DNA of 64,000 bases from Eledone cirrhosa (taxonomy: Eukaryota), in NCBI GenBank assembly GCA_964016885.1, contig OZ024749.1, positions 44,764,001 through 44,828,000 on the forward strand, read 5' to 3'. The position numbers and the translations under genes are program-made. Positions 27,620-42,942 of this stretch are shown here, in pieces. The notes beneath the pieces were generated by a model. That model was not told the DNA's origin. It searched no databases and was given only the letters and a program-made list of their open reading frames with translations. Numbering within the stretch: the stretch's first letter is position 1; the number at the start of each line of letters is the position of its first letter.

Positions 27620-27780
27620 GGCGGTGAATTGGCAGAGTCGTTAGAACGTCGGATAGAATGTTTTATGTTATTCGTGTCCGACTTTCTGCTTTCTGAGTTT
27701 AAATCCCGCCGAGGTCAACTTTGTCTTTCATCCTTTTGAGGTCGATAAAAAAAAGTACCAGTCTAGTACTGGGTTCGATT
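27620..27780 (+). mobile_element. S1-related SINE (divergent subfamily)
   Basis: ggcggtgaattggcagagtcgttaga...gagtttaaatcccgccgaggtcaactttgtctttcatcc. Confidence 0.75.
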
Positions 27781-28576
27781 CTTCCTCTATATATCTTTCT
27801 CATTTCCATTCTCTAGCTAAGTATCTATCTCTGGAAGAAATCTGCTGTACTCAGGCTTAGAGAGGAATGTGCTCCGTCAGGCTTAAAATGCCAATACGGC
27901 GCCCCTACGACTGTATCATGAGTTACGGGACCATACCACCAATCAGAGTATATTTCTTTTCATTTCCCTATGTCTACCTGACAATTCGTAGACGAGCATA
28001 ACTTACTAAATGAAGATGCCTCGAAATATACGCATTCCTTTCACAAAGTTAGCTTATAAACAAAATCAACTCTCATTGCTATATCTTAAGTTATTCCCAA
28101 ACACATGGATCAGCCAACACTACAATATTTCTTTCTATGTCTTGCTTACAAGTCATCATCTGAACACACAGTCTTCAAATATATGACATAAGGTAGTCTG
28201 GGTCGAAAGTACTTTTTTATGACAGCAAAACTCCATTATACGTTATGCAGAAAACTCATCATTTTCGCTTCACTCGTTATTTATATATACGGAATACTTA
28301 AATTTTCTTCGAACTTCAACAAATGTGGCCTATCTTGTTAGTTTTATTAGGTTTCTCACTTTCAGTATTTTACTGAGTCGATCAATATTCTATCTTATCC
28401 CCACATGCTGTTTTCTATGTTTCACCTCCTGCCTCGTTTCATGTTCCTATATATATATATACATACACACACATGTATATATATATATTTATATATATAT
28501 ACATACATACACACACAAACACACATATATATATATACACACACACACAGACATACACATGTATATATATATATAT

Positions 28577-28786
28577 CGAAGGAAGTGTGGTAAGAAACCA
28601 GGTGGACCATACCGCACCAGAGTACTCGATACTTTGGGTAGTAGAGTGGGTAATAGGAAAAGAGTCAGGACCCCGGCGGCTGAGCTCCGGTCGTTTTGAC
28701 AGCTAGATCTGAACTAGATCGGAGTTCAGATGTAGCTGTCAAAACGGCCGGAGCTCAGCCGTCGGGTTTCTGACTCTTTTCCTATA
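28577..28786 (-). mobile_element. Family A fold-back element
   Basis: Tail 28577-28652; imperfect palindrome 28653-28785; TA-flanked. Confidence 0.8.
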
Positions 28787-28798
28787 TATAAATATATA

Positions 28799-29125
28799 TA
28801 GTTATGTAATAAACAACATAAGATAATTATTTCATTTACCAGTGGTTTCTTGAAGACAGATGTGTCTGTCTTCAGTCGTCAGAATGAATAAAAAACATGG
28901 TGTATTTATTAAATATGGATTTGAAAACCATATTTTCAAATCCATATTTAATAAATACATCATCTTTTTTATTCATTCTGACGACTGAAGACAGACACAA
29001 CATCTGTCTTCAAGAAACCACTGGTAAATGAAATAATTATCTTATGTTGTTTATTACATAACTAATAAGTTCTGTAGCCTACATAGAGCACTCTTTTTTC
29101 CTATACCTTTCTGACGGAAATACTT

Positions 29126-29127
<2 letters not shown>
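28799..29127 (+). mobile_element. Family F fold-back hammerhead element
   Basis: Arms about 28799-28927 and 28933-29064; tail 29065-29127. Confidence 0.8.
28972..29032 (+). ncRNA. Type I hammerhead ribozyme motif (family F), mirrored on the minus strand
   Basis: ttcatt-CTGACGA-ctgaagacaga..tctgtcttcaa-GAAA-ccactgg-TA-aatgaa; predicted cut after 29026 (GUA). Confidence 0.75.
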
Positions 29128-29214
<87 letters not shown>

Positions 29215-30532
29215 GCGATGTCTCTCGCTCTCTCTCTCTGCTTAAATATACCCTCGCCTTTCTCTATTTCAATCTCCCACTGACTTTCTCTATATATGCA
29301 CACTCTTTCTCTCATACGTTCACTCTATTTCTAATTTCACCTTGTCCTTCCCTTTCCCCCTCTCTCTCTCACTTACTCTTACTCTCACACTCTCTCTCTC
29401 TCTCTTTCACTCTGTCTCTCTTTCTCTCTTTCGTTCACTATTTCTCACACTCCTCTCACTTTTTCTATAATTCACTCTCTGTTTCTTTTCTCTGATTCTC
29501 TCAACTTTCCTGTCTTTCTTTCACATATATTTTGTTACATTTTTTTTTAGTTTGTTATTTGCTTTTATTCTGGGGGCCTTGCTGTCATCTGAACAAGTCT
29601 TGTGGTGTGGTCTCATCGCGGTATGGTGCTTCGGTAGACCGCTAATCGTTTGAGAACAGGTCGTATTTCTTTGAAAACTACTTCTTCGCTTCAATGATAA
29701 ATCTTCGACCCTCACTAAGCACCATAGGATCACTCAATCTTTGTCAAGACAGCCAGAGTTAGCTGATAAACCCCTCCCATACCTATTATCACCACCACCA
29801 CCGCCTTACCTCCACCTAATGTGTATTTTGTTATTTGAGAATTTGTATTATCTTGTTTGTTATCCATTTTTTGTTCACGTCTCTTTTTATTTGTTTGAAT
29901 TTTCTTATATTACTGTCGCTGTTAAAACTAAATTTGTTTTATTTGTATTAGTTTGGCTTTCTTATTGGTTTTCCTGATATAATTAGTTGATGTTGCTGTT
30001 GCTGTTGTTGCTGTTGCTGTTTTTGTAGTTGTTATTATTGTTGATTGCTTTATGTTATCTCTTGTTGTTGCTGCTGCTGATGATGATTATGATGATGATG
30101 ATGCTATTACTTTAACACAGTATGTTGCTGTTACAAGATATTCATTCACTAATTTTTTTTTACCTTTCAATATTTATTTATATATTTATTTATATATTAA
30201 CTTTCATTTCTTTTTTTGTTTTATAATTCTTTTTCTGGCTGTTTTTTTTTGGTTGTTGGAGATTTGAAAAATAGAACTTAAACTGGCCGTACATATATAT
30301 ACATACATACATACACACATACATATATATATATATACACATACATGCATAGACATACACACACACATACATATATATATATGTATATATATATATGGCT
30401 ATATATATATATTATATTTAATGTTCTCCTTGTTAATATGATACATACAAGGGAAGTAAATAGACATTACAAGCGCAGCATTATATATACAAACAAAATA
30501 CATCCCTCAGACAAACATACTCACACACACAC

Positions 30533-30587
<55 letters not shown>

Positions 30588-30762
30588 GGGTGAGAGTGAA
30601 AGTGCTACATAATGAGGGAGGACATAGACACAGCTATTTATATCGCTTCGATTGCGGAGTAAGGTGAATGCCTATAGTCGGCATTGCACGAACTCTGATG
30701 TTTATAAGGTTTAAAGTGGTAGAAACAACCATCTATATGTTACATGAACATAATCAGTTGTT

Positions 30763-30840
30763 CTTAAACCAATAATTGTTTCTACTTTAGGCACAAGGCC
30801 AGCAATTACCCAGTGCATTACTGGTACTTAAACCAATAAT
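30763..30840 (-). mobile_element. Truncated S1 3' end with a 14-bp target-site duplication
   Basis: cttaaaccaataat flanks both sides (30763-30776 and 30827-30840). Confidence 0.75.
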
Positions 30841-31980
30841 GTTTACAATACAGTAGATAGATAGCTCTGACGCGGTAGAGATGTTAAAACAGAATACACT
30901 TTATATCTACAATAAAATAGTAGATGCAGTTCTTCTGACAAGCTTCACTTCACTTGAGGAGATAAAATCGGGAGTTTCTTTATTGTATCATATGGCTAAA
31001 TGTGCACTAATGTGCAGTAAAAAAAGCTAATAGTCAGATCAGACCAAACGAAATATATTTCCACTTCCACTGGTCATTTTCGTTGTTGATATTACGTGCA
31101 GGTCAAATACCGGTGGGATTTGAACTCAGATCGTAGTGAATCGGAATAAATATAGAAGCATTCTTAATGTGATGCTCTACGACTCTACCAAATCACCGGC
31201 ATACAAACGATTTAACAAATGCCAATTAGTAGCTTGTGTGTCTAGGTACATTATATATATTTTTAATTACGTATGACTTAATGTTTGAATACGCGTGGCG
31301 TAACTGTGTAAAATTATAGTTATGTATCTTTGAGTGAATCACTGTTTAAGAATATGAATATTTGACCATGTATATGTATTTGTATATATAAATATGTATA
31401 TGTATATGTATATGTATATGTGCATGCGTAAATCTGGTAGTGGAGGTGAATCATTCTTTAAATATTTAGGGTTTAACCCTATGAGAATATATGATTACGT
31501 GTGTAAATATGTGTGTATATCCCTCTTACTCTGAGTGTGTGTATGTGTGTACAGTATTTATAAAAGATTCCGCGTTAAGGTATACGTGGGTTACCTGCAT
31601 ACCATTTTGTTGTGAATGTGCTTGTGTGTGTGTGATTATGTGTGTGTGAGCGTTTGTGTATATGTGTGTATGTATTTGCGTTTGAATGCCTTTATGTTGA
31701 TGGAAGATGTGTTAATATAACATTATATATCATTCACCGAGTTATGAAAGGTGTCATAATTTTTAATTGTGAAACTAATTTTTGCACGGATTTTAACTGA
31801 GGAAATAGGTAGACTGAATCAGACGTGAGAACAAGTTTTAGTGACTATACTTTGTCGTAAAATGTTCCTGCTAGAATCTTTGACAATTTTATGCATTAAA
31901 AAATAATAAAATACTTCAAACAAAATTCTCACTATTCTTCTGCCCTCTTCTCTCTCTCTCTCTCCATATATATATATATA

Positions 31981-32075
31981 ACAAAGAACGTGTGGTAAGA
32001 TACCAGGTGGACCATAACGCCCCAGGGTACGATATTTAGCGTACTCAGCCGATGGGGTTCTGACTATTTTCCTAT
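31981..32075 (-). mobile_element. Family A element, internally deleted
   Basis: Tail gtggtaagataccaggtggaccataacgc joined to the right arm ctcagccgatggggttctgactattttcctata. Confidence 0.7.
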
Positions 32076-32266
32076 ATGCTTCAATGACCAGCGTGTATAT
32101 TATTTTATATTTTACGATGACCTCCCCTTTCCCTTTTGGGGACAGTGTGAATTTTCTTTTTGAAGGACTACTGGCTTTTCAAATTTAGTTGTCCTTCTAG
32201 CACTGACGGAGACCATCACTAATTATTGATATCGATGTAATTTTTTATATCGATATTGCATGGGGA

Positions 32267-32389
32267 TGCACTGATGAGTTATAAGGGCCCGCTTGTGTGT
32301 ATATCTACGGATAATATACAAGTTTCTACATAACTTGGGCATTATTTATCCCAACTTGTAGGGATCTTATAACGAAACGATCGTATGGA
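32267..32389 (+). ncRNA. Minimal type I hammerhead ribozyme motif (family K), long stem II
   Basis: tgca-CTGATGA-gttataagggccc...gggatcttataac-GAAA-cgatcg (palindrome)-TA-tgga. Confidence 0.7.
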
Positions 32390-34205
32390 AAGAAAGAGAG
32401 ATTTATTTAATTATGTCTCATATAAAATAATACAACCAACTTTCCACGAAATACTATATAGTTAGCACCCCAAACACATTTCTATTCTACTTCGTTTGTG
32501 TCTTTGCATTTCAAGGTTCTTCATGTGAAGCACTATGTAGAGACAAATATTGTTGTACTCTGGTAACGCCATACTGTCAATCAAAACCACACGCACTTAC
32601 GTTTTACATTCTAGTTTTATTAAATAATCAGGTAATTATTCTTTTAATCAGTTGATTAATCAACTAATTAATTACTCTTCTCTTCAATTTTCTACCATAA
32701 CGACATGTGACCTTATACACAAATCTGTATCTTTGCGGATTGTGTTCGTTTATACATACTCCCTGTTTTTATTCTAATATTTTCCTAATCTAATGGCTAT
32801 AAACTATCAATGATTTGACTCTTCTGATGTTACAGTAACTAATATATCCAGCATAGATTCTGTGCTACTGAAGTTGTGAAGGCTGCATTATTCTATGCTT
32901 TTCTATTATATTTGCTTCATTATTCAGTATTCCTATTGCATATATCTAATCAGATAACTGGTTAGATTGTAGCTTTTAACACAACATGCATAATGCTTTC
33001 TTGAAACATAACCCAAGACTATACAGGCGAAATAGCTTGGTAGACATTTATATCACGATAAAGGGCAATGAATTCTTATCTTGGAGAAGATAAGAATTAA
33101 TGACCTGGGATTTACTTTGGGTATAAATCTAATCTCTACTTGCCTCGACATGCAGGAGTTTGAAGTGTTACTAAATTACCATAAAACCCCACCAAAAGCC
33201 GTTTCACTATTTTATTATAAATACTCTGTATTATATCGAAAACAAAAACAAAACAAGAAGAGAGAAATCCGGTTTGCAACCCAGATATCTCATCGAATTA
33301 TACTCTTATTAAACATTTACAATATCCGTACGCTACTAACGCCCTTTTTAAAGATAAAGACGTTACCTTTATAAAGTCAAATATTGAATCACTGTGGACA
33401 CATATTTATTTTAACTGCACCATATCTAACATTGCAAAATACAGATAGAAAGCATATCTCTATTTTCCATTTCACAAAACGCCGTGCCTTTCTTCGTAGT
33501 GTTGAGTTAGGTGGAGGCCTTATTTGTGTGTTGGATTTTTTTAAACGACAATAAATGTTGATTTAAAAGAAAGAATGCATTAAGAAATAAAACTCTTAAT
33601 GCCTAACACCATAATTCCACAATACTGCTTTGACTGTATTACAAAAACCAGCCACATTGAATTAAAACCAATATACCTACGGATACATGAGTTGTCTTCG
33701 TCGCCGATTTATTTGTTGCAATAACGTATGATGAGTGCTTAAATACTAATGCAGACGTATTGGTAGTGCAGCTAATTCAGTGTCTCCTTGACATTTAAAA
33801 TTATCTGAAACCACCCCTCCTCATATCGGAACACAGCCGATTTCTTCCAAAAACATAAAGTGAGGGTATGAGGGACACAATTCTGTTTTTGTTTTTCTTT
33901 GTCTCTACAATCAAATATTTTTTGCACCTTTTCAAGTATCAGGTGAGCTGGCCCCGATATATTATCTGTGGAGCTTCTTGCGTCTGTCCCATAATAATCT
34001 TAGAAAGGGGTATGATTACTGGATCGCAAAGCATGATCTACAAACCTTTGGCTTCCACACTTCAAATCTTGGGCTCCTATTAATCCGAACATCTTTACAC
34101 ATTAGCCTATTTCCTATAGGGAATAGTTAGTGTTAGTTGGGGCATCTGTGAAGCCATACAATTATGTTGTGTGAAGCTATATACCGCCAGGGGAAAGTTA
34201 CATAC

Positions 34206-34527
34206 ATTATTGCTTATAGTTGACCACAAACTGCTCCTCTATTTATCCAAATGCTTTAACTGTAATGAATATAATAGTGGTACTTTATTTTATCGACCCC
34301 GTAAGGATGAAAGGCAAAGTTAACCTCAGCGGGATTTGCCATTCTGAGTTCAAATCCCGCCGAGGTTAACTTTGCCTTTCATCCTTACGGGGTCGATAAA
34401 ATAAAGTACCAGTAATGCACTGGGTAGTTGCTGGCCTTGTGCCAAAAGTAGAAACAATTATTGCTTATAGTTGACCACAAACTGCTCCTCTATTTATCCA
34501 AATGCGTTAACTGTAATGAATATAATA
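34206..34527 (+). mobile_element. S1 SINE with a 5' fold-back inverted duplication, flanked by a 71-bp direct repeat
   Basis: Arms 34278-34338 and 34351-34411; direct repeats 34206-34276 and 34457-34527 (1 mismatch). Confidence 0.85.
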
Positions 34528-36731
34528 CTCATCCCTGAGTATTATGCTAACCACATAATTTGAGATTCTATATGAGAAAAAAGAAAGCCCACGGTGGTGT
34601 ACTTACAACCCTAATGTTTGCGATACGACTGTACCATTTTCTATGACAAACCGTATTTCAGATTCAAAATTCAAGAGGAATTTCGAACAGGACACATATC
34701 CCACAATTTTAAATCAAGAGCCATGTATTTTAGTCAATACATTAAGTCCAGGAGGCATTTAAATAAAGCCCCTTCAGTTTCCACCAAATTTTATTTGTTC
34801 TTTTTTATTTTCATTTTATTTTCAAGTGGACATTTTTCATTGCTATAAGGGATCTTCAAACTGCAACGTTTAAGTTCCACCAAATAACACGTGATTTCTC
34901 TCAGCTGCTCTGACGAAATGTAAGAAAAATGTTTTTTTTCCTTATAAGTGTCTCCCTACGGCCTTCTTCTTCTTCTTCTTCTTCTTCTTCTTCTGTATCA
35001 ATAATATCAGTTAATAGTCACACTCGTAGCCATATCCGAGGTATTAATAATAGTAAGAGCTACACTAACAACAACAACGACAGGGAGGAAGGCAACAACA
35101 ACGACGACAATAATGATAATAACAACACCAGCAACAACAATAACAGCAACACTAACACTAACAGAAGAATCTGCAGCAAGAGGTTTAGAAGTAGTTGTTA
35201 AAGAGGTGTTTGCGTTATTCTTACTGGTTGCTGTAGTTCTCGCGTAGTGCTGTTCTAGTGTAGCAAGTTCGCGTTGATCGGTGGCTAACAAATTCTCATT
35301 TATCGATATTCCCACGCTAAACATTTAAATCTGCCACCGGCCTTTTTCTTTTTTTTTTTGTTTATTCAATTATATCTTTTCTTCTTTTATTTTTTACCCT
35401 CTTTCTGATGACATATTGAAATTTTCTCACACCCCTCTCCATTCAATTATAAATATTTCATTACGCTGAAATTTCAGCTTTTCTTTTAAATTATCATTTT
35501 TTTAATATAAAAAAACACTTTTTTTTTATTTCTGATTTCATTTAATTATTTTTTAATAATTTTCGAATGATTTATATATATATAATTTTTTTCTTTATTT
35601 TCTCTCTCAGCCTCTCTATATTCCTTTGCCTATTCTCACTCTCGTTATGTCTCTCATTATCAATTGTTCATAATCAAGTATACTTTATATTTTATTCCTC
35701 TATTTTGAAAACTTGAGTTGCTGGGAACAGGTTAGCCCTATTTGGGATGACTGAAGTATCTTACTCAAATTTTCATCTTCATATTCTGGGAACATATAAA
35801 GTATAAACGCAATGGTCTAAACCTCGCTTAAATAAAGACCCAGAGGCGCTTTAATAACTGTCATTGCCAACATTGAAAAAAAAAAAAAAACGAATACAAA
35901 ATCGCGGTCTTCGGTGACTGGTAATCTACACTGTGTTTGTACATTTTGTATCTGATGACCATGGCGGCATTTGAACTCAAGACGCAGAGAGCTGGATCAG
36001 ATACAACACACTCTAGCCGGAATTCTAGCTTCAATTTCGTACCTAGTCCAAACATCCAATCTTGCAAAATCCGAAATGTTATTTATGTTAAATACGGGAG
36101 TTTTTTGTCGTATTGAACAGAACAAATCTTGCATTTTTGTTTTTTTGTTAATCGCTTGTTAAACAATCCTAACCTTCCAGTGAATGATATTTCGCTGTCT
36201 CATTTGGTCTGTCTTGGGAAATTAAACCTAATGAAGCCTATCCCTCTCCATTACTGAACACAGCTGGTATCTCGCAGCGAGTGAAAAATACAAAGAGAGA
36301 AAGACAGACATAGAGAAAGAGAGAGAGAGAAAATCAACACCTGAATACTATGTAATTAATTGACCGCGAATGAATTAAAGACAAATGTCATGTCGGCAAG
36401 ATTTGAACCGAGTCTGCAAAGAGCTCAACTGAATAATGTAAACATATTTCATCCCACTTTCTAAAGACTCCGCCAAGCTGCTAACTTAAATGTAATTATG
36501 CGGTAATATCATTAAAATTAGGCAGATGTCTAGCAGTGTGTTAGTATGTCAAAAGTGAAATAAATATATACTATATTATATACTATGGTGTATAATTACA
36601 ATGATTTATGTCTTGCAAATCATAAACACCTGCAGTTTAGTTATAAATGTTATTGAACTGTCACGTCAAATGAAAAAAAAATGTATGTATGTATGTATTT
36701 AAATCTATCCATATGCTTATCTATAGATGTG

Positions 36732-36783
<52 letters not shown>

Positions 36784-36802
36784 TTATTTATTTATATGAA
36801 TA

Positions 36803-36878
<76 letters not shown>

Positions 36879-37174
36879 CGTGTGCGTGTGTGTATAACTG
36901 GTTTCATAGATACGTAAATTTGTATGTTAACACTTATATATTCACTAGCACAAGCACGTATAATAAATAATTTATTTACTTAGAGTAAAACGCACACATA
37001 TAGAGCTATGTAAGCACATATACACACACATCAACAGGTGTGTACTCTTGTTATACAGAATATATGACAAACGGATGCACACATTTCGTGCCGCAGAACA
37101 TTTCATATCAGAAACACCCACCCATATACAATCATAACCTTATATATATATATACATACTTACATACATAAATG

Positions 37175-37225
<51 letters not shown>

Positions 37226-37244
37226 ATACATATATAAATATATA

Positions 37245-37281
<37 letters not shown>

Positions 37282-37511
37282 TTATATATATACACTTAAA
37301 TATTTATACCGGTTTAAGTGTCTGCGTGTTTGACTGTGTACTTGTGGATCTATATCATAAATGCATAGATAAACATAGATATACAAATAGATAGATCGAT
37401 GCATACACATCAACGTACATACCTATCAACATTAATACACACATACATACTTAGACAAAGAAACATGAAACCATTCATAAGAAATTAAGGCAAATATTAA
37501 TCCACACTTAC

Positions 37512-37568
<57 letters not shown>

Positions 37569-37995
37569 TATATATAAATATAAATGTGTGTAACTATGAA
37601 CCCGTAACTATTGATGGAGTCGTAGGGGTGGCGAACTGATATGCGGCGTTTCTTGGCATTTTAAAAGTGTTGGAGCCCAACCTTCCCCAGATCTGTACAC
37701 GGGCAATTTCTTCCAGAGAGAGAGAGAGGGGGAGAAAGAGAGAGAAAGCGAGAGAGAGAGAGAGAGGTGGAGGCAAGTAAGAATCGACCCTAATACTGAA
37801 CTAGTACTGTTTTTAACGACCTCGATGGGATTTGAGCTCAGATAACGAAGAAAGTCGGAAAGTTTAATGATGCTGCCAGCTCACCTCTTATACAAACACT
37901 TACATACATACGCACAAACGCATGCATATATTGATCCATTCAGGCATATGCATATACATACATAAAATCATCAATACAGCCATACGTATATGTAA

Positions 37996-38040
<45 letters not shown>

Positions 38041-38049
38041 GTAATAGTG

Positions 38050-38476
<427 letters not shown>

Positions 38477-39707
38477 AACAATAAGTTGGCGGCATTAGCA
38501 TGGGTTTCACTGCTTGTACCGGTTACATCTCAGCGTACACAATAGGTAATGTTAAGTAAACTCCCAGAGTAGACACACATATATATATATATAGATGTTT
38601 GTGTGTGTATGTATGTGCGTGTTGTGTGTGTGTCTGTTTCTGTGCAAATATACACGCCTACATATATTCATTACTATCTACGCACATACATGCATACATT
38701 CATAGAGGGTTTACCTATACGTTCGTACTCATAGGTTCGTAAATTCATAGATCATTTTTCCGAAGGTATATTGACACTGAAAGCAAAGCAGACTTTGCTT
38801 TTACATACTTCACGCCCAACCGCCGTCTCTTTGCCACCCTATATATTTATAGACCGACATCTGATTGCTGTTCTCAGATTTGCCTAGTTACCGTTGATTT
38901 CTTTAAGTGGGCCATTAATCAGGAGATAATACACAAGTTATTCCGCTGTGGAGTAAAATATATAAACAAATGTAAGAAAGCAAACGTAAAATAATTAAAC
39001 ACTAAATATATCAACTTGGTTGTTTTTGTTGTTGTTCTTGTTGGATGTGGTGGCGGTGGTGGTTGTTGTGGCAATGTTCTTGTTGTTACTGTTGTCTAGC
39101 TCTTCTATTAGGTGCGTAGCTCAATGGTCAAAGGACTCTCACCTTAACAATGTTGTCTCCTTTGCCAGACCTGTGCATCCAGAAGAAAAAAATCCGAATA
39201 TTTCACGAAAATTATGCTATTGTTTTGTAAAATTTCTATACATAATTGCTTTACTAAGATAATTACGAAAATCAAGAAGTTTTCTTTTTAGTGAATCTAA
39301 TTAAAAGTAACAAACATTCAAATTCAAATTTCAAAGTAATGTTAGCCAATTATATTTATTTGTGTTATACACGATAGATCAGTTGTGAATTTTACAGTCA
39401 GCTAAGGAATTAAACAGTAAACAATTGCATAAAATCTTCTTCAGTGACAACATAATAGATGTCTAAGGACCCTAAATATTCTCCTCTGTTTAATCCTATG
39501 ATATATAGGACTACACAAGCGGCGAATTATCAGAGTCATTAAAAAGTCGGAAAGAATGCTTTGCCTTATTCGTTTCGGGTCTCTGGTCTCCGATACATCA
39601 TATTTACCTATCATCTTTTCTAGATCGATATATCAAAATATACACTTTGAAGGCAGGCTGTAGCATGGTCGCAGTTCAACGGTTGAAATTAGTCAAGTAA
39701 CTTAAAT

Positions 39708-39890
39708 AATAATTGTTTCTACTTTTGGCACAAAGCCAGCAATTACCCAGTACATTACTGGTACTTTATTTTATCGACCCCGTAAGGATGAAAGGCAAAG
39801 TTAACCTCGACGGGATTTGAACACAGACCGTAAAGGGACGTAACTATGCTAGAAAGCTTGGCGTCCGTCCCTCTACCGTACTGCCAATTC
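39708..39890 (-). mobile_element. S1 SINE
   Basis: Full S1 match on the minus strand. Confidence 0.85.
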
Positions 39891-40381
39891 AACACTAAAC
39901 ATTCTCTAAGGAGATCTTGAAACGTTTAAAAAAATTGGATGTTCGAAACTTAAATCGTTTTTACCGACAACTTGGTGGTTTATAAAATCTTCATATAGAT
40001 TTCACAGCAAGAGATTATGTTTTAGCCACATAAATATACATGGCTACACTGAATTTTTGTTTTCAGAAATGTTCCTGCTGTGCTGTTTGAATTACTTATG
40101 TCTTCACATTTGTAACATACACGATAATATGCAAATTACACACATGCTCATGGGAGCTGAGGCGATTTATCTACATAGCGAAAACCTATTCATTCTCAGT
40201 ACTGTTAACGTGAACAGAGTAAAACGAAATCTGACAGCGACGTAAAACAGCGAAGAAAAAAGTTAGGGGAAAAAACGTGTATGCAGTTCTATATCTGAAC
40301 CAAGATGCAGAGGATGTTAGGCTAAATCCCGTGGTTCAATTCATTCCTACGCCTACACACACACACATACACACACACACA

Positions 40382-40424
<43 letters not shown>

Positions 40425-40548
40425 ACACACACACAAACACATACACACACATATATATATAACACTACCTATTAATATAATTCATATGTACAACCGTTTG
40501 TCCATTAAATACTCACTCTCTCTCTTTCTCTCTCTCACTCTTTCTCTC

Positions 40549-40604
<56 letters not shown>

Positions 40605-40857
40605 TTTATATCTATCTATGTATTTTTCTACCTATATTTAATATACCTGTTTACGTATTTCCCCGCCTACATAGCTATAAATATACGCATTTATGCACGC
40701 AGCATTGTATACACTGACGTAAAAGAATATATACACATATATATATATGTGTATGTATATAAATATATACGTGTGTATGTATGTGTGTGTGTGTGTCTGT
40801 CTGTGTATGTGCTCGTGTGTGTACATAGGGGGAGAAAGATATCTGTAGGTCGTTGCA

Positions 40858-40895
<38 letters not shown>

Positions 40896-40927
40896 TACAT
40901 ATACGTATTGTATGTCTATACATAAGC

Positions 40928-40959
<32 letters not shown>

Positions 40960-40992
40960 GCACACACACATACACACACATACACATACATG

Positions 40993-41029
<37 letters not shown>

Positions 41030-41433
41030 GGACACACACATACACACACATACACATACATATATATATATACATATATAGACATATATACATATATACA
41101 TATACATATCCTGACACAGACACACACCCTTATTTACACACCCACACGCTTGACACACACACATCACACATACTACTAATGACCGCCTGCCATAACACTA
41201 AATCACTCACAAACTCTCCACTACCTTGCCAAATCAATGTTTCTCAGTGATGGCTGTTTCCGTCCTAAACCTGGTTTACATAGCCTCGCCCTTCTTCGCC
41301 TCTCAGTAAACATTGGCACAGTTCCTATATATATATCTTCCCCCAAAGCTCACCGGACGATGAAACCTATTTCATGCCCTACTTTTATGTATATATATAT
41401 ATATATATATATAGACATGTATATATAGACATA

Positions 41434-41505
<72 letters not shown>

Positions 41506-41508
41506 GAC

Positions 41509-41563
<55 letters not shown>

Positions 41564-41585
41564 TGTATATATAGACATATGTATG

Positions 41586-41657
<72 letters not shown>

Positions 41658-41660
41658 GAC

Positions 41661-41707
<47 letters not shown>

Positions 41708-41960
41708 TGTATATATAGACATATGTATGTATATATATATATATATATATGTATATATAGACATGTATATATAGACATATATATGTATATATATATGTAT
41801 ATATAGACATGTAATATAGACATATATATGTCTATATATACATATATATATATATACATACATATATACATATATATTTATATATATACATATATATACA
41901 TATAAATATATATATACATATATATATATATACATGTATATATAAATATATATAGACATG

Positions 41961-41991
<31 letters not shown>

Positions 41992-42231
41992 GTGTGTGTG
42001 TGCATATATATATATTACTTTTATTTATTTATCTTGTCCTTTATCTCTGTTGTTGTTGAGAATATCTCACCCACACTTTTTACCTTTATTTAATTTCTTT
42101 TTCACCTTTCACTTTCGTCACATTCTCTTTATTGTTATTTTATATATTTTTTTTTTTTTTTGTATATACACCCACGGCTAACCCCCTCCTCTCACTCTCT
42201 CTATCTCTCACTCTCTCTCTCATTCCACACG

Positions 42232-42262
42232 ATACTACTACTACTACTACTATTACTACTAA

Positions 42263-42321
<59 letters not shown>

Positions 42322-42359
42322 TTGCTGCTGCTGCTGCTGATCCTGATATTACTACTACA

Positions 42360-42440
<81 letters not shown>

Positions 42441-42492
42441 GATGCTACTACTACTACTACTACTTACTACTACTACTACTACTACTACTACT
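42232..42492. repeat. (TAC)n microsatellite
   Basis: Long trinucleotide run with a short (TGC)n interruption. Confidence 0.95.
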
Positions 42493-42880
42493 AAACCGGG
42501 ATTAACTCCGGACACCGTCCAATGCGCATGTGGAAAAACCGGGCGTAACTTGCCAAACCTTAACTCAGTCTATAATGGTATTCATTGCCCTTCACTGTTG
42601 CTAACTACCCTCTAACGACGGACCATACATGGTTGCTAGGAATAGTAGTCAAATATCCTTCATATCGCATTCCATTATCTTGAAATAAAGAAGGATACAC
42701 TAGAAAATTATATATTATATGCAGGACAATGTTGGAGTGGTCGTGGATGGAACCTATTCCACGATATAGATATCACAGATTAACGATGGTCCATGAGATA
42801 GAATCCAACACATTTACAGTGAGCATCAAATGAAGGAACCTCTACAAGGACAAAGCCGTTTAAATGGTTTTACATAGCAA

Positions 42881-42940
<60 letters not shown>

Positions 42941-42942
<2 letters not shown>

